Source: Dicyema japonicum (lineage: Eukaryota; Animalia; Dicyemida). From it: a stretch of DNA of 64,000 nucleotides. A program made the translations under genes and the position numbers. Numbering within the stretch: position 1 is the first letter of the stretch; each line of letters starts with the position of its first letter. The stretch covers positions 129,237 through 193,236 of the forward strand of contig RDEW01000009.1 in NCBI GenBank assembly GCA_011109175.1. Direction: 5' to 3'. This document shows, piece after piece, positions 1 to 12,314 of the stretch. Under the pieces are notes generated by a model, which was not told the origin of the DNA, searched no databases, and was given only the letters and a program-made list of their open reading frames with translations.

Positions 1-355
1 AATCAAATTTTTATTAGATTTAAAAAAGATGACTTTTTACCTAAAGATGTCGAGGACCTTGGTAAACTGTTCAATTTACCAATATGACCCATCAAAATCA
101 ATTTTGTAATATTTAAAAAGATGACTTTTCTATCTAAGGATGTCTTTTTGGTAAAATCTCGTGATAGTCTTGATGAATTGTAGGCCACTTTGAATGGACA
201 CGTTATCAATTTTTGGGTATTGCTTTTAAAATTCGTTCCTTATTTTTGCCTGAGTTCTAATAATTTTAATAATTGAGAAAATACAAACCTGTCATTAAGT
301 GAAGACAGCTAATACACGACAAAAACTATTTATTATTTCATTTTGAATCATTTTT

Positions 356-680
356 GCCACGTGGCGACATGTGGTGCTGCGTGGTTAATTGGTTTAATTT
401 TTCTGCTTGCTTGTCTGTTCCTCCTCTCTCTTCCTAATAGAGTGGCGTCATGTGATCCACCTGTCTAGGTGACGCCCAATGCCAGGCCTGCATGAAAAAG
501 GATCATTTGTTCTTCCCACTCTAGTGAAGGAGTTTCCACAACTGCATGTAATGGACGTCTTACCCTTTATGCTATTTCCGGATGGACTCTGTTTCTGTAG
601 AAGTGGAAACTGGATACACTTAATTAGTTGTTTACTTTAACTTCTTTATCGGTGTATCCGGGGTTAATAAATAAATAAAT
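356..680 (+). mobile_element. SINE-like non-autonomous repeat, family 2
   Basis: Starts gccacgtggc, core gtttccacaactgca...ggacgtctt...ggatggactctgtttctgtag, ends tccggggtt(aata)n. Copies at 7509, 13540(-), 15620, 26370, 44979. Confidence 0.75.
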
Positions 681-1010
681 ATTATTTCTATAGGCACGTA
701 TGAGATTCCAAGATCAAGACAAAGCATGTGCAAAACGAAAAAGTTATTAATCTAATTAACATAGCCCATCACCTTTTATCCGTTGCCATGTTCCGCATAT
801 CTAGATCATCCCCATTTTTAAGGCACTTTCTAATCCTACTGAGATCTTTATCTAAGATTACTAGCAGTTTTGTTTTTGGCCGACCGCGGAAAGCGAAACC
901 TCTAAGAAAAAATACTTCTCCAATGCTATGTTGGCAATGGTCCCCATATCGTGACGGAATATGTATCCAAACAGCCTCCATCTTGAATCAATAATTTCAC
1001 ATGCTATTGG
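681..1010 (-). mobile_element. RTE-like LINE 3' remnant
   Basis: ORF 769-981 FRGRPKTKLLVILDKDL..KCLKNGDDLDM matches the C-terminus of the RT ORF at 55664-57160 (FRGRPRMTLPIMLHKDL..KCLKTGDDLDM). Confidence 0.85.
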
Positions 1011-1019
1011 CTCAGTTCC

Positions 1020-1420
1020 TGTTATCTTGTACAAGATTTTGGACGGCTATTTGAAAAAGCTTCGAAAAGAAAGGATTGCTCGGAGATTGTGGTACACGAT
1101 AAGGAGTCTAGCCACGTCCTTATCATAGAGGTTGACATTACGTCTCAAAACCGTTTGCAGAGTGTAGAGGTAGAAAAAAGGAAGTATGACTTGCTTGCAA
1201 ACGAGATGGGGCAGATGCTTGTTTGTTAGGTCTTTGTTATTCCAATAGTAATGGCGTGGGAAGGAATTGAAACAAAGTACCAAAAGGGTTTTCTGAAGCA
1301 GTTAGGGGTAGATAGGAAGCTCCAGGCTTATCTACAGTCCACTGAATTAAAGCAGACCCTAGAGAGCTTGACACTGGAGTATACGAGGCAGAGCCCGGAG
1401 ATGTCATATGGGCAGAGAGT
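1020..1420 (+). mobile_element. R4/Dong-like non-LTR element, C-terminal restriction-like endonuclease remnant
   Basis: Reads RKYDLLANEMGQML..VIPIVMAWEGIETKYQKGFLKQLG..QAYLQS, resembling KY/IIPxV C-termini of REL-type LINEs; contains stops. Confidence 0.55.
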
Positions 1421-1569
1421 TCAATTAGACAAGGCGCTTTCGGAGTTGTTTAGGCAACCAGAATCGAACCAGTCTGAAGAATCTGGAGAACAGGAAGTGT
1501 TCGACTGTTTATCTTTGCAATTATACAATACTTACTTGTTTCCAAAAACTCGATAGTTTAAGATATAAA

Positions 1570-2990
1570 GCCGAGAATAATCCTATCTCGTGCTAACAAT
1601 CGCTCCCTGCGTGAGGGCATGAGGATTTTATCAAAAGAAAGCCAGTCTACTTCATAAAAAAGCATTCTCGCGCAGCCGAATCACTTACGAAGGAAAGAGA
1701 TTGCCTAAAAAGCTGACATAAACAGCCTTGGGAAACCAGGGCGAAAATCCGAGTCTTGGAGAGAGATCAGATACAAGGCTAAGATGAAAAAGGAAAGAGA
1801 TAGAAATAACCTTATTTACACCGTAAACAAACAGTCCTCCCACACGAGGATGTGGGATACTCTTCTGGGCTTTACCAACTTTTAGAGACTGGCTCCTTGT
1901 GAAGACCTAGAGAACAAGAACTTTTTAAACAAGATGATAAAATTTTACTCCTCCGTGAGCTTCATTCCACAAAAAGAAATTGAGGTATTCCCACATCCTC
2001 AACAAAACCAAAACGCGATGCAATCTCGAACAGCCTTTCAATGGACGTCTTGCGGAAATCTATTCAAAGCCAGAAATCGTCTAACACAAGTGGTCCAGAT
2101 GGGATTCCCTCTATTGTAATTAGATGATTGACCCCTACACCATCTTGACTTTAACTAGAATTTACAACTTCTCCATCAGTAGGAACTCGATTCCCACTCT
2201 ATGGAAATTATCCCATATTCACCCAATCTTAAAACCTGGACGGTCGAAAGGACTCACCAGCTTCGTACAGACCAATATCCCTCCTATGTACCACCTCAAA
2301 AATCCTGGATAAACTCATTCTCGATCAGATTAACCCTTACCTACCAGATGAATCCTTCCAACATGGATTTAAGAAAGCTCGTTCCACAACAACCCACCTT
2401 ACTTTCCTGACAAAATTCATTAAGGAAAACCTTCAACATTAACCTCGGCATCAAGACGATTATGTGTTCCATTGACATACAGAAGACTTTTGACTCAATA
2501 CCGTGGAAATAGCTCACTAGAAAGATTTATGACTAACATTCCCAACAACCTGAAAATTTGGCTCGCTAACTTCCTTAACGGATGAAGAGTAAGAGTAATC
2601 TCCCATTCCATATTTTTAATCACTAAATTTTAACCGAACGGGGTCCTGCAAAGATCCTTCCCTCTCTCTTATTCTATTCAACCTATTCATCAGCGACATG
2701 CCTTTCTACAGCTGCGACGATACCCTATGCCTTGCTTACGCAGACGACTTAATCCTGGGAACAAGAGACCAGTGTATTTACACAGCTGATTCCCGCTTAA
2801 AGATTCGCTGGACAACCCGAACTTTTGGCATACGAGGAACCAACTACATATAAGTCTTGAAAAGTCGTGCTCTATGATCTTTACTTTTTTTAGAAGATTG
2901 ACTAACTCGACGCCTTCATTAACCCTAAATAAGATAAACGAATGAGAACGGGAGCTCAACCAAACCCCTAAACTTTTGAAAATTGATTCG
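1570..2990 (+). mobile_element. I/Jockey-group LINE reverse-transcriptase remnant (second copy ~16201-17570)
   Basis: Frameshifted motifs SGPDGI, IPTLWKLSHIHPILKPG, QHGF, DIxKxFDSI, GVxQ. Confidence 0.75.
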
Positions 2991-3059
2991 TCTAACAATA
3001 AGTGCCTCGAGAGGAACACCAGGAAGATGAGGCGGCTACTCAAAGGGGCCGGGATCACC

Positions 3060-3620
3060 AGACGGTCCCTAGTTAAGTTAGAGATTGTTTGGAATTTGTA
3101 TATTTAAACTTTGGCTCGCCCAAAGTTACTCATTCAGATAACGGAAAAGAGTTTAAAAACGCAGAAGTTTCCCAACTTAACGAAGAATGGAAGATTAAGT
3201 TTATTTATGAAAGAACCATACATCTTCAGTCTTAAGGTCAGATAGAACGTTTTAATCAAACGAAAAAACGTTGGTTGGGAAAAACTCTTTTTTGCGACTG
3301 AATCACAGATTTGGGTAGATGTTTTGCCCAAGACAGTTTATAAATATAATTTCACTAAACACTGAGCATCTGAGAATCTCCATTTAAATTTTTTATGTGC
3401 TGTCCAGGCTTCAATTCTATTAATACCATCTTTGTAGGCAATGCACTCAACTTAGTGATTCATTTTTCTAAACATAATTCTGCTTACAAAATACCAGTAC
3501 TCAGAAATTCCAATTCCAATTTCAATAGAAAAAATTTAAACATGGGAGAATGAGTACGTATTAAAGTAGATTTTAATAATAACTTAAATACAAAAAAATA
3601 AATAGTTATTTTTTGAGGAA
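3060..3620 (+). mobile_element. rve-integrase (Ginger/KRBA2-like) remnant (second copy ~17640-18200)
   Basis: B copy reads FGSPKVTHSDNGKEFKN...QSQCQIERFNQTKKRW, the D..35..E integrase core. Confidence 0.75.
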
Positions 3621-3629
3621 AAGCAAATG

Positions 3630-4200
3630 TTAGTTGAGGAAGGCGGCTGCGTGGATCGAGAACGAGTTCCCTCGGAGTATGGTCATTCTAATCTTTTGCC
3701 TCAGCCATAACCCTTCTCGTTGATCCCTTTTCTTCCTGGCAAGCATTCCACCGAGTTCGCGCAAAAACTCAGTCGTCATTGGACCAACGGCTCCCAATGA
3801 CTCGACCGCAACAGGAGTAAATTGTAGCGGTTCCCGAGGTAGGAATATTTCTTGATTTTTAGGTTTTTCGCGGTCGACGCAGCCGCTCCAGGTGTCTGAA
3901 CTGATTTTATAAAGATTTGTGCTTGAGATCGTGTCAACACAAGTAGCGTCCCAGACCAAAGATCTTCCGGATGTGAAAGGGAAAAGGGTCATCCCGTCAG
4001 GTATCTTTCCATCTCCTCGGTCGAGACTCACTGGTTCAAGCTGTGCTGGGAAGCCTGTAGCCTTCAGAGCACTGACGATCACATCGTACAGAGCAGCGTG
4101 ACGTGGTTCTCTTCCGGCGCTTCTTCTGCAGGACAGCGGATGCAATCTCTTCGCATTGACTGTTTTCCCGCATCGGGTGCTCCTGGCAAACGTCTATTCC
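3630..4200 (-). mobile_element. CRE-like non-LTR element 3' fragment (second copy ~18212-18780)
   Basis: HPLSC..GR.PRH..L, EP..L.RGDGK.PDG, LVWDATCVDT, F.PVAVE.LG, ILRGN: zinc knuckle plus PD-(D/E)xK endonuclease of CRE-type elements. Confidence 0.85.
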
Positions 4201-4749
4201 TAGTATTTGTGTTAGAAAAAGTATCTGATTAATGAAGTTTTAATAAAAATTCGTTTTAATTTTTTGACTATTGCTTAATTTTGTTATAGAAAATTTAAAG
4301 GCTGTTGATTACGCTCTCGAAAACATCCAGTTTCACGTGAATCCTTGGTGACCTGACGTCTCAACAGCAAATGGGATAAACAAGTAATCCTCTGAGATGC
4401 TTCTATACTTCCTTCATTTCTGATTCTCGGCGTGTTTAGAAGCATGACCTGAGTCCAAGACTGAAGATCCTCTTGATGCCGGCCAGGCATTGGGTGCCTC
4501 TTCATTAAGATGAATCCAGTGACACCATTGGAAGGAAGGAAAATAATTTTGACTAACTATCTACGTAGCACCACATAACGCCACGAGATTTTTTTAATCT
4601 AGGAATTCTATTATTCCTCTTGTTTTGTAATTTTGTTCATTAAAATTTAAGAATATTTTTTATTGAAATTAAAATTATTTTCTTTATATTTAGAATTTAA
4701 AGATGGTTCCCTTGCGCTTGCGACGCTGGAATTCTTGAGTCGTCTAGGG

Positions 4750-5551
4750 CAGTGGTTCTCAACCTTTTATTTAATCGCCCCCGATAATTTTTTTATCGCC
4801 CCTCAGTTCACAGGTCAAAAAATTATTACCACGTACAGAAATATTTTCTATTTAAAAATCAGAGTTTTAATGAGATCCCTGTGGTTGATGAACATTCACG
4901 AGATTCTCTAAATTTGCCTTTCTTTTCGTAAGTGCAATCCTTATCTCTCCTCTTGTACATTAATTTTGTTTCGTTTTCCCGATGAATTGGTAGAGTGCTA
5001 AATCCTCTTTCTATGCTAAATAAAGTCGGAAAACATAAAATGATTGGAGTCATTTTCCCCATAATTTCGGGACATTTATCTTCATTAATTTAGATCCCAA
5101 GAACTGTAAACGGTTTTCACTTTAGAATTCGAGTCCTTCATAATTTTTCAATGGAAATGATTCTTCTTTAAATTCTCCGTCACTATCATACGGAACTAGT
5201 ACAAAGGGATTAATCATCCAATCTGAAAATTTCACGGATAATCTTTTTTTCAAATCTCGGGACAAAGATTCCTAGTGAAATTCGTAAAATCTTTAAATCG
5301 TTGTCATCAAAAATATCATCAAAAAATTCTAGATTTCCAATTTTTTTTTGTCAGGCTAAATTGAAAAAAAATCAACTTTTTCGAGAGTATTAATAATTCT
5401 TTTGCAATCAATTACATTAATATAATCCCCTTGTAATGTCAATGGAAATTCATTCAATTTTTAAAAAAATCTAATTCAAAAAAAATTTTTTTTCCAATGA
5501 ATTTTGCAGGAATTAAACAAATCAAATTCTTTCTGTAATTTTAAAAATCAA
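4750..5551 (-). mobile_element. Truncated Buster-type hAT transposon (unit A copy)
   Basis: TIR cagtggttctcaacc preceded by gtctaggg; C-terminal FPTLFSIERGFS motif; cut at ~5551 relative to the unit B copy. Confidence 0.85.
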
Positions 5552-6057
5552 CTCGCCTTGTGTTTCTCCTCGCCACAGTTCACGCACTTGAGAGACCTGA
5601 CTTTTGATTGCAGGCTTTTGGCGAATTTGGACCCTCGCAGTTCAAGCACTTCTCTTTATGAGTGCATCATCGGTAGCTGGTGTGGCCGAATACTTCTCAG
5701 CAATAGCACTGGATTGCTGTTGATCGCTCTAGGGCCACACCGAACCTAAAGTAATCAATGCGTACTTTCTCGAGGCAGATCCTCTCTCTCTGCTCCAGAG
5801 CGAAGCCAGACCTTCATGGTCCGGAGTCTCCTCCCCCGCTTGTGGAGACCTTCTTGATGTGTTCCAGTACATCATCCACGAAGTCCAGAGTGACTCCGAA
5901 AACTAGTACTATTGAATTCGAAGCCATAGAATGACCCGTGACATGTTATGTTCCCCGGGCACAAAAGGTACCTTAGTACTGACCTCAGTTTCGAAAGCTG
6001 AGCGTCGTCGTCATTCCTTAATCCCAACAACCGCGTTTGATAACTCGTTTGATAACT
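5552..6057 (-). mobile_element. LINE ORF1/gag-like zinc-knuckle remnant (longer copy ~23930-24540)
   Basis: B copy reads CLNCEGPNSPKAC..LKCVNCGEEEH, typical tandem CCHC knuckles. Confidence 0.6.
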
Positions 6058-6079
6058 CCTTTTTATTTTTACCAAATTT

Positions 6080-7503
6080 ATTAATATTTAAATTCTAGTA
6101 GTTAAGTTAATGCCCAAATACTTTAAAAATAGTTTTTTTTCAAAAATAATCACATCTAGAAAAATTTCTTCTCTCGTAAAATCCAACATGTCGTATTTTT
6201 AAATTTAAAATTGTCTCGTATTGGCATCATAATCCTGTCTAAATAATTTTTAATAACTATATGATATTATACCTTAATATAACCATGCTGCTAATTTTAA
6301 ACGTATCTTCATCGCTTTTCCATTTACGCTTTTCTTCTATCCGGTCTGCTGCCAGCACAATATTTATATATGCATCTTTTCTCGAATCCTCCAATTGCAG
6401 TAATTCAGTGTCTACCGCCTTTAATTGTTCTAATTCATTGTCTTTAACTTTGATAGGATATTCAATTCCCATAAAAATGTAAAATGGTATTTTCTTTGTA
6501 GAAAATCGTATTATCGTGTTATTATAGTCGTAAATGATGTCCTGAAGGTATCGCAATATCTTCCAAAACAATTATCTGTATAGCTTTTTGATGATATCCA
6601 TCTTTTGATGCTTTATTTAATCTCATTAGTAATAACAAGTTTTAGCAAACCGTTCAACCTGGCCTTGTATCCACGGAGCTCTTGGTCTTCCACGAATATG
6701 GTGTGCCTTGAATTTTTGGCATAACCCCTCCATATATCCGTTACAGATTTCCTTCCCGTTGTCTGTATATAAAATCAATGGAAGGCCAATACGTCTGGAC
6801 ACAATTTGGAATAATTTGGCGATTTCTTTAGCACATTTTGAATAAGACAGTTCAACGACTGCGGATTTGGAAAAAAGCAATAATTACAAAGATGTAATAT
6901 TATTGATGAGATGAATTCCCAGTTATAGGAATCATTGATTTCGGAATATCTTTTAAATCAATTAATCCGCTAAATATCGGTCTCTACATTTTCTTGCGAG
7001 ATTGGTGTATCGAGGTTGTGTATACAATGCTTTTTTCGATTGGCATGGAACATACGCTGAAATTACTTTTGAAATTTGGGCTCTTGCTATTCCATAATAT
7101 TTTCTTCGGAGTTTCGAATATAACCGATCCCGCCCAAAATGATTCTGATTGTGCTCAGCCTAAAACTCCAAAACATCAATAAATTTTAGCTTAATTTCTT
7201 GCTCTTCCTTATAAAAAATCTCAATTTAGTTTGATTTCTGATTATTTGAGGAATACCATCTTCAAAAATTAAAGATTTGGCTATTTGATTTAGCCTAAAT
7301 ATTTTCGCTCTAGATTCAGAATCTTCAGCCCCAAATTGGCTTGGATTGAGTTTTGAATTCTTTATTTTTTCGAATGTTTCTTTGTCGAGACTCACTAAAC
7401 CCATTCAGAAACGTTGTATTTTTTTAAATTATAGTTATTATTGTTTTCTAATAATTTTATTATCAAAAAATTATTTTTTTGCAATTTGTTATAAAGCGTT
7501 ACA
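6080..7503 (-). mobile_element. Ginger-like DNA transposon with decayed, intron-containing integrase (second copy ~24560-26364)
   Basis: GLPLILYTDNGKEI...HIRGRPRAPWIQGQVER; upstream end reads 5'-TGTAACG on the minus strand (TGT terminus); 29-nt intron at 6622-6650. Confidence 0.7.
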
Positions 7504-7508
7504 CCTAC

Positions 7509-7670
7509 GCCCCCACTCCACTGGAGGGGTTTCCACAACTGCAACTATGGACGTCTTACCCTTTATGTTGATTCCAGATGGACTCTGTTTCTGTAGAAGT
7601 GGAAACTGGATACACTTAATTAGTTGTTTACTTTAACTTCTTTCTCGCTGTATCCGGAATTAATAAATTA
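7509..7670 (+). mobile_element. SINE-like family 2, 5'-truncated (second copy ~26370-26530)
   Basis: Matches 515-680 including the A/T tail. Confidence 0.75.
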
Positions 7671-8262
7671 AATTACACCTATGGACTGTCACATGGTCTT
7701 AATTTTCCTTTAGTTGGGGATTTCCATTGTGGATAGAAAGGATCGTCATTTTGAATATCCTACAAATTTATTCAAAGTAAAATATTATCCACCTTTGTTA
7801 GAATAAAAAAAGGAGGCAACCGTATAGTGAGTCGGTCCTCCTATTTGCAACTTTTACTCAAGAAAATATAATTATTGTATTAACAATTTCCCATGCCTAA
7901 ACATAACATAAATTCTATTTTGGTGATATTTAGAACATCAATTCTACTTATATTGAGACATAATTTGTCCAGGTTACCACGTGGAGAAACTTTCTGGGAT
8001 TGTTGATTTGATTTGTTATGATTAATCTTATTTAATCAGGTTTATTCTGTTTTAAAATTAATCTATTTTTTACTACTAAAATTTAGTACAAAATTAATTA
8101 TAAAAGTTTAATGGTCCCCGCGAACATAATCGACGTTGAGTAGCCTCTCCGACAGCAACAGAGATCAACTGGAGAAGCCACTGAGTCGCACGTGTGTCGT
8201 GGCTTTTCATTGTAGCTAGGCGTCCAAGTTTCTTTTGGAGACGAAATGCTTTCCCGCTGGAA

Positions 8263-9700
8263 TTAAGGCTGAACAGTCCTTGCTATCCCCTTTTTACGGT
8301 ATTGGAATAAGTATAGATCTTTTTCACTCGCGTGGCCAAATACCAGTTTCCCGAATTTTTTGACATAACTGGTGACAGCTGTCACCGGTATAGCCTTCAG
8401 CAATTCGTTTGAAATGTTGTCAATTCCTGGTGCCTTGTTCCCCGTTAATTGCCGTGTAGCCCACATGCAATTCTCCCTAAGGATTTTATTCCCCTCACCC
8501 AACGTTGCTTCATCAACATATATTGGTGGGCATATAGTTTCTGAATGTAGTCGTTCCGTATCTTCTCTCCGACGATTTCGGATGTTCTTTTGGATTAGTA
8601 ATTCTACACCATCCTTGTCCTTGATTTTGCCCATCATTTTTGTACCGGGGTTCATAATATTTTTAGTTGTAAATACGCATTCCTAGTGTGACCTCTCTTA
8701 TAGTCATCTTTCATTTTTTTGCAGCGTAACCTCCACTAGTCTCCTTTATCCTTCCTGGTGCCTCTTTGAATTCAGAGTTAGGTTTTCTTTATCTTGTCTA
8801 TATTCCCAAAGAGTTTAGCAGTTTTACGAGCCTCAGCAATGTCTAGGGTGTTGACAGAGAGCCACTCAGAGCACTTGGCCGGCGTTTTGTATTTGACATG
8901 TTTTATTGCAGCGTTCCTGATAACCAACTGCATATCATTCCATAATTCATCAGTCATCCTTCCGTTCAAATCCAGTAATCCAATATTGTGCTTAACTTCC
9001 ATTGCGTATTCTGGTGGTATGTTTGAGACATCGAATTTCTCTACTCGGGGGGTATTCCAAGTGTAACTGAATTTCGTCCATATTTTTGCTACAATTAGCC
9101 GTTGGTCTGTTTCACGGTCTGACCTGGATATGTTTTGACGGCAGTTATAGAGCTTTTCCAACGTTTGACGTACAAAATATAATCAATCTGGTTCCTAGAC
9201 ATTCCATTTGGCAACGTCCAAGTGTATAATCGTCGTTTGTGCTGTTTGAACCATGTGTTAGTTATCTGAAATCCATTTTCCTGACGGAATTGGACCAGTC
9301 GATCCCCAGCATCATTTCTTTTCCCCAAACCAAAACTTCCCACAAAATCCACATGTGGCATACACCCAACTTTTGAGTTGAAATCCCCCATTATGTAGAT
9401 TATGTCCTTTTTGGGTATTAGTTTTAGTGCCTCTTGAAATTCATAATAAAATTCGTCAATTTCGTCATCCTTGGCAATAGATGTTGGGGAATACACTTGC
9501 ATGACCGTAATATTCAATGGTCGTCCACGGATGTGGATTAGTATTATCCGATAATTAAAAATTCTATGACTTTCAATAGCAGTTGCAATTTTCTTTGAAG
9601 CAATAAAGGCCACTCTATTTCTCTTCGCATTAATGTTACCAGAATAATATATGACGAAATCATCAATTTCAATCGCATAGTCGCAGTTGACCAAGGACTA
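8263..9700 (-). mobile_element. RTE-clade LINE remnant: APE endonuclease plus RT N-terminus
   Basis: QVYSPT, MGDFNSKVG, TNTWFK.HKRRLYTW, NQIDYIL, then NKAPGIDNI..ELLK; split by frameshifts. Confidence 0.9.
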
Positions 9701-9915
9701 TCTTTCGCTAAAAAATTAAATAATAATTGATATTATTGCCACAGGATAACTGAGTAAAAGTTGAAAGAATCTCCCATCTAACAAATTAATTCAAGACCTT
9801 CAAGGGGGAGAAAATTCAATAAATTTAATTATCACAAATTAATTTATTTTTTATAAAGTCATGAAATTTTTATTTGAAAATTAATTTAATTATAAATTCA
9901 AAATCTTGTTAGAAA

Positions 9916-12305
9916 ATGGAAATTCCTTCACTATATGCTCATTGCATAAAACTATTCGAGAATACATTAATGGGAAAGATTATCAAGCATTAAGCGAAAA
10001 AACTAAAAAAATGATTTCTAAAAGATTATCAGAAGATCCAAGTTATTTAGAATATCTATTTGCCGGTGAAAATCGAAAAGAACAATATTCATGTATATAC
10101 AAGATTTCAGATGTAGTACAGAATAATATTTTCTGCGTTAAATTGATAAATGAAAAAGTCGACATTAAAGATGTTGTCAAGATGATTCAAGTTTATCCGA
10201 ATTTATCGAATATTAAAATATGGCAAATAACTTCAACAGAAAAGCAGCCTTTACTACCATTTTCACCTAATAACGTCAAATCATTCTCACTTCTAGAATA
10301 TAATGACCCAGATTTGTTACATTCCCTATTTATGACTGGATTTAACAAAATAACATGCCTTGAACTTTTTCATGACGAACGTGAAGTGTCAGTAATCCTT
10401 AAAAGTACCACATTGAAAATAATTGAGAAACTGGAACGCATAGAATTATCTAACGTTATGATTATCGACTTTGAAGAATTTTTGGCAAACCTAAACAGTC
10501 CAGAGTCCTTGTGGTTTGTTTTTTTATAATTCAGTCATTTTGCACTCGTGCATACTGGAGTTTGGAATCGTAGAAGGTTGGATGTGAACGATATATGTTG
10601 TCTTCTCGAAAAAGCAAAGAACCTTACTTTTCTAGATTTATCAAAGTCTCTTATCGATGTACAAAGACTCAAATAGTAATTTATTTTAATAATCTTAGTC
10701 AAATGCTGAAATACGGATTGAACAAACATCAAGATGAGAATACCTTATTTTTCATTCAAAATATAAACGAATGGGTAAATCTGAGAAAATAAAATAGATT
10801 GATCGAGAATTGGCATTAAATAACTTAGCCAGGTTTGTTGTAACTACCGAACTATTGGATGAAACAATCTGTAAGTTTCGCAATAAGAAACTTCGAAATA
10901 ACTTTCTAAATCGATTTTTGAGAGTATTTTGAAAATATTATTGTAGATTTTATATCATAAATATAACGTCAAAGATTATAGATACCCGCGTTATTCTATG
11001 TAACTTATTATATTACTTCAGAAATATTCTAAATCATATTACCAAAACACACGATATTTCGTATTTTAATCGTCGGTATGAGTTGATCTTATTCGTAGTT
11101 TAATTTATGATATTTTTCTCATTGTTCTTATGTTTTGCATATGTAATAGAAAATTGGTAATTGAGATTTTAAATTTGTAGCATATTGCTCTTGATTGTTC
11201 AAATTTATTATTCAATTTAAAACCATGGAATACGCCAATTTTCGTTGATTAATTTTTAATTTAGATCAATGCGTTGTCATGCATGTTTATTGCAATAGCT
11301 ACATCTCCCGTCTCTAATAATAGAATATATAAAAACTGTCGATTTGCTATGAAAAGCTTAAATATCGGATTTTTATCTTATTTTGGCATTCTGGACTTGT
11401 CAAAGTTTAAAATTTTGTATTTTTAGTACTGCCTTGAATGCGTAACAAAACATTATCTTCGGAAGTTGGTGGGTTTCTATTTATATTGGGCTGGCTATTG
11501 GGTATTTGAATTACATTTAGTTAGACGAAAATAAAATGAATGTGAATTTGTTTATTGATTTTGGCGGAATTGAGATTATTTGTCATATTGATGATAGATC
11601 CCGGTTCAAAAATTCCAACTTAAGATTATGCTTTCACTCGTTGAAATTGCGGAAAATCTTGCTAAATTTCCGAAATCTAGACGTTTACTGGGGGCTTGTA
11701 GACTCGTAGAATTTTTATTGTAAACTTGTTAACTTATTAAAAGGATCCAACTTACGACAATTGGGATTCTATCTGCCCTATAGAATCAGGCGGTGCATGT
11801 GTATTTTATTGAGTGATTCTCAATTTCCCCTACATTTATAAATTTGGATATAGGTGATATGAGCCCCGAGAAATGATTCTAGATAAAATTTTTCAATTTG
11901 TAAATAAATATACTTTCGCAGGATGTCATGATATTATTGAATGTGATGCTGATAGAAGGTTATTCCAATTTATATGTAAGGTCGTTTATGTCAACAGTAA
12001 ATCTACTATGCGTAAACACAGATGAGCGAATTTGGCTTTGGGCTGTGTGGGAATGTGCTAATATATCATTTACATCTCGTTAATATTTATTTTTATAATA
12101 GCAAATGTACTTATGTTCAAATTGATGGACTATTATATTCTTCCGAAAATTAGCAATGTATGTATAAAATCTAAAATGGAAGAGATCCATCACTATTTTT
12201 GGACTTTTAGAATAAATTACTTTGTTGCTATTTTTATAATTTTAGGAATTCATTAGAAGTCAACTTAGAAGTGCGAATTCTTTAGTTATTTCAATTTCTC
12301 ATTAA
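9916..12305 (+). pseudogene. ZYG11/ZER1-like gene, copy A (same intron positions as copy B; several 1-nt indels, so pseudogene or sequencing error)
   Basis: Colinear with 28779-31159; single-base losses near 9947 (gcataaaac vs gcattaaaac), 11386 (ggcattc vs ggccattc), ~11620 and ~11768. Confidence 0.7.
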
Positions 12306-12314
12306 CAAATAATT

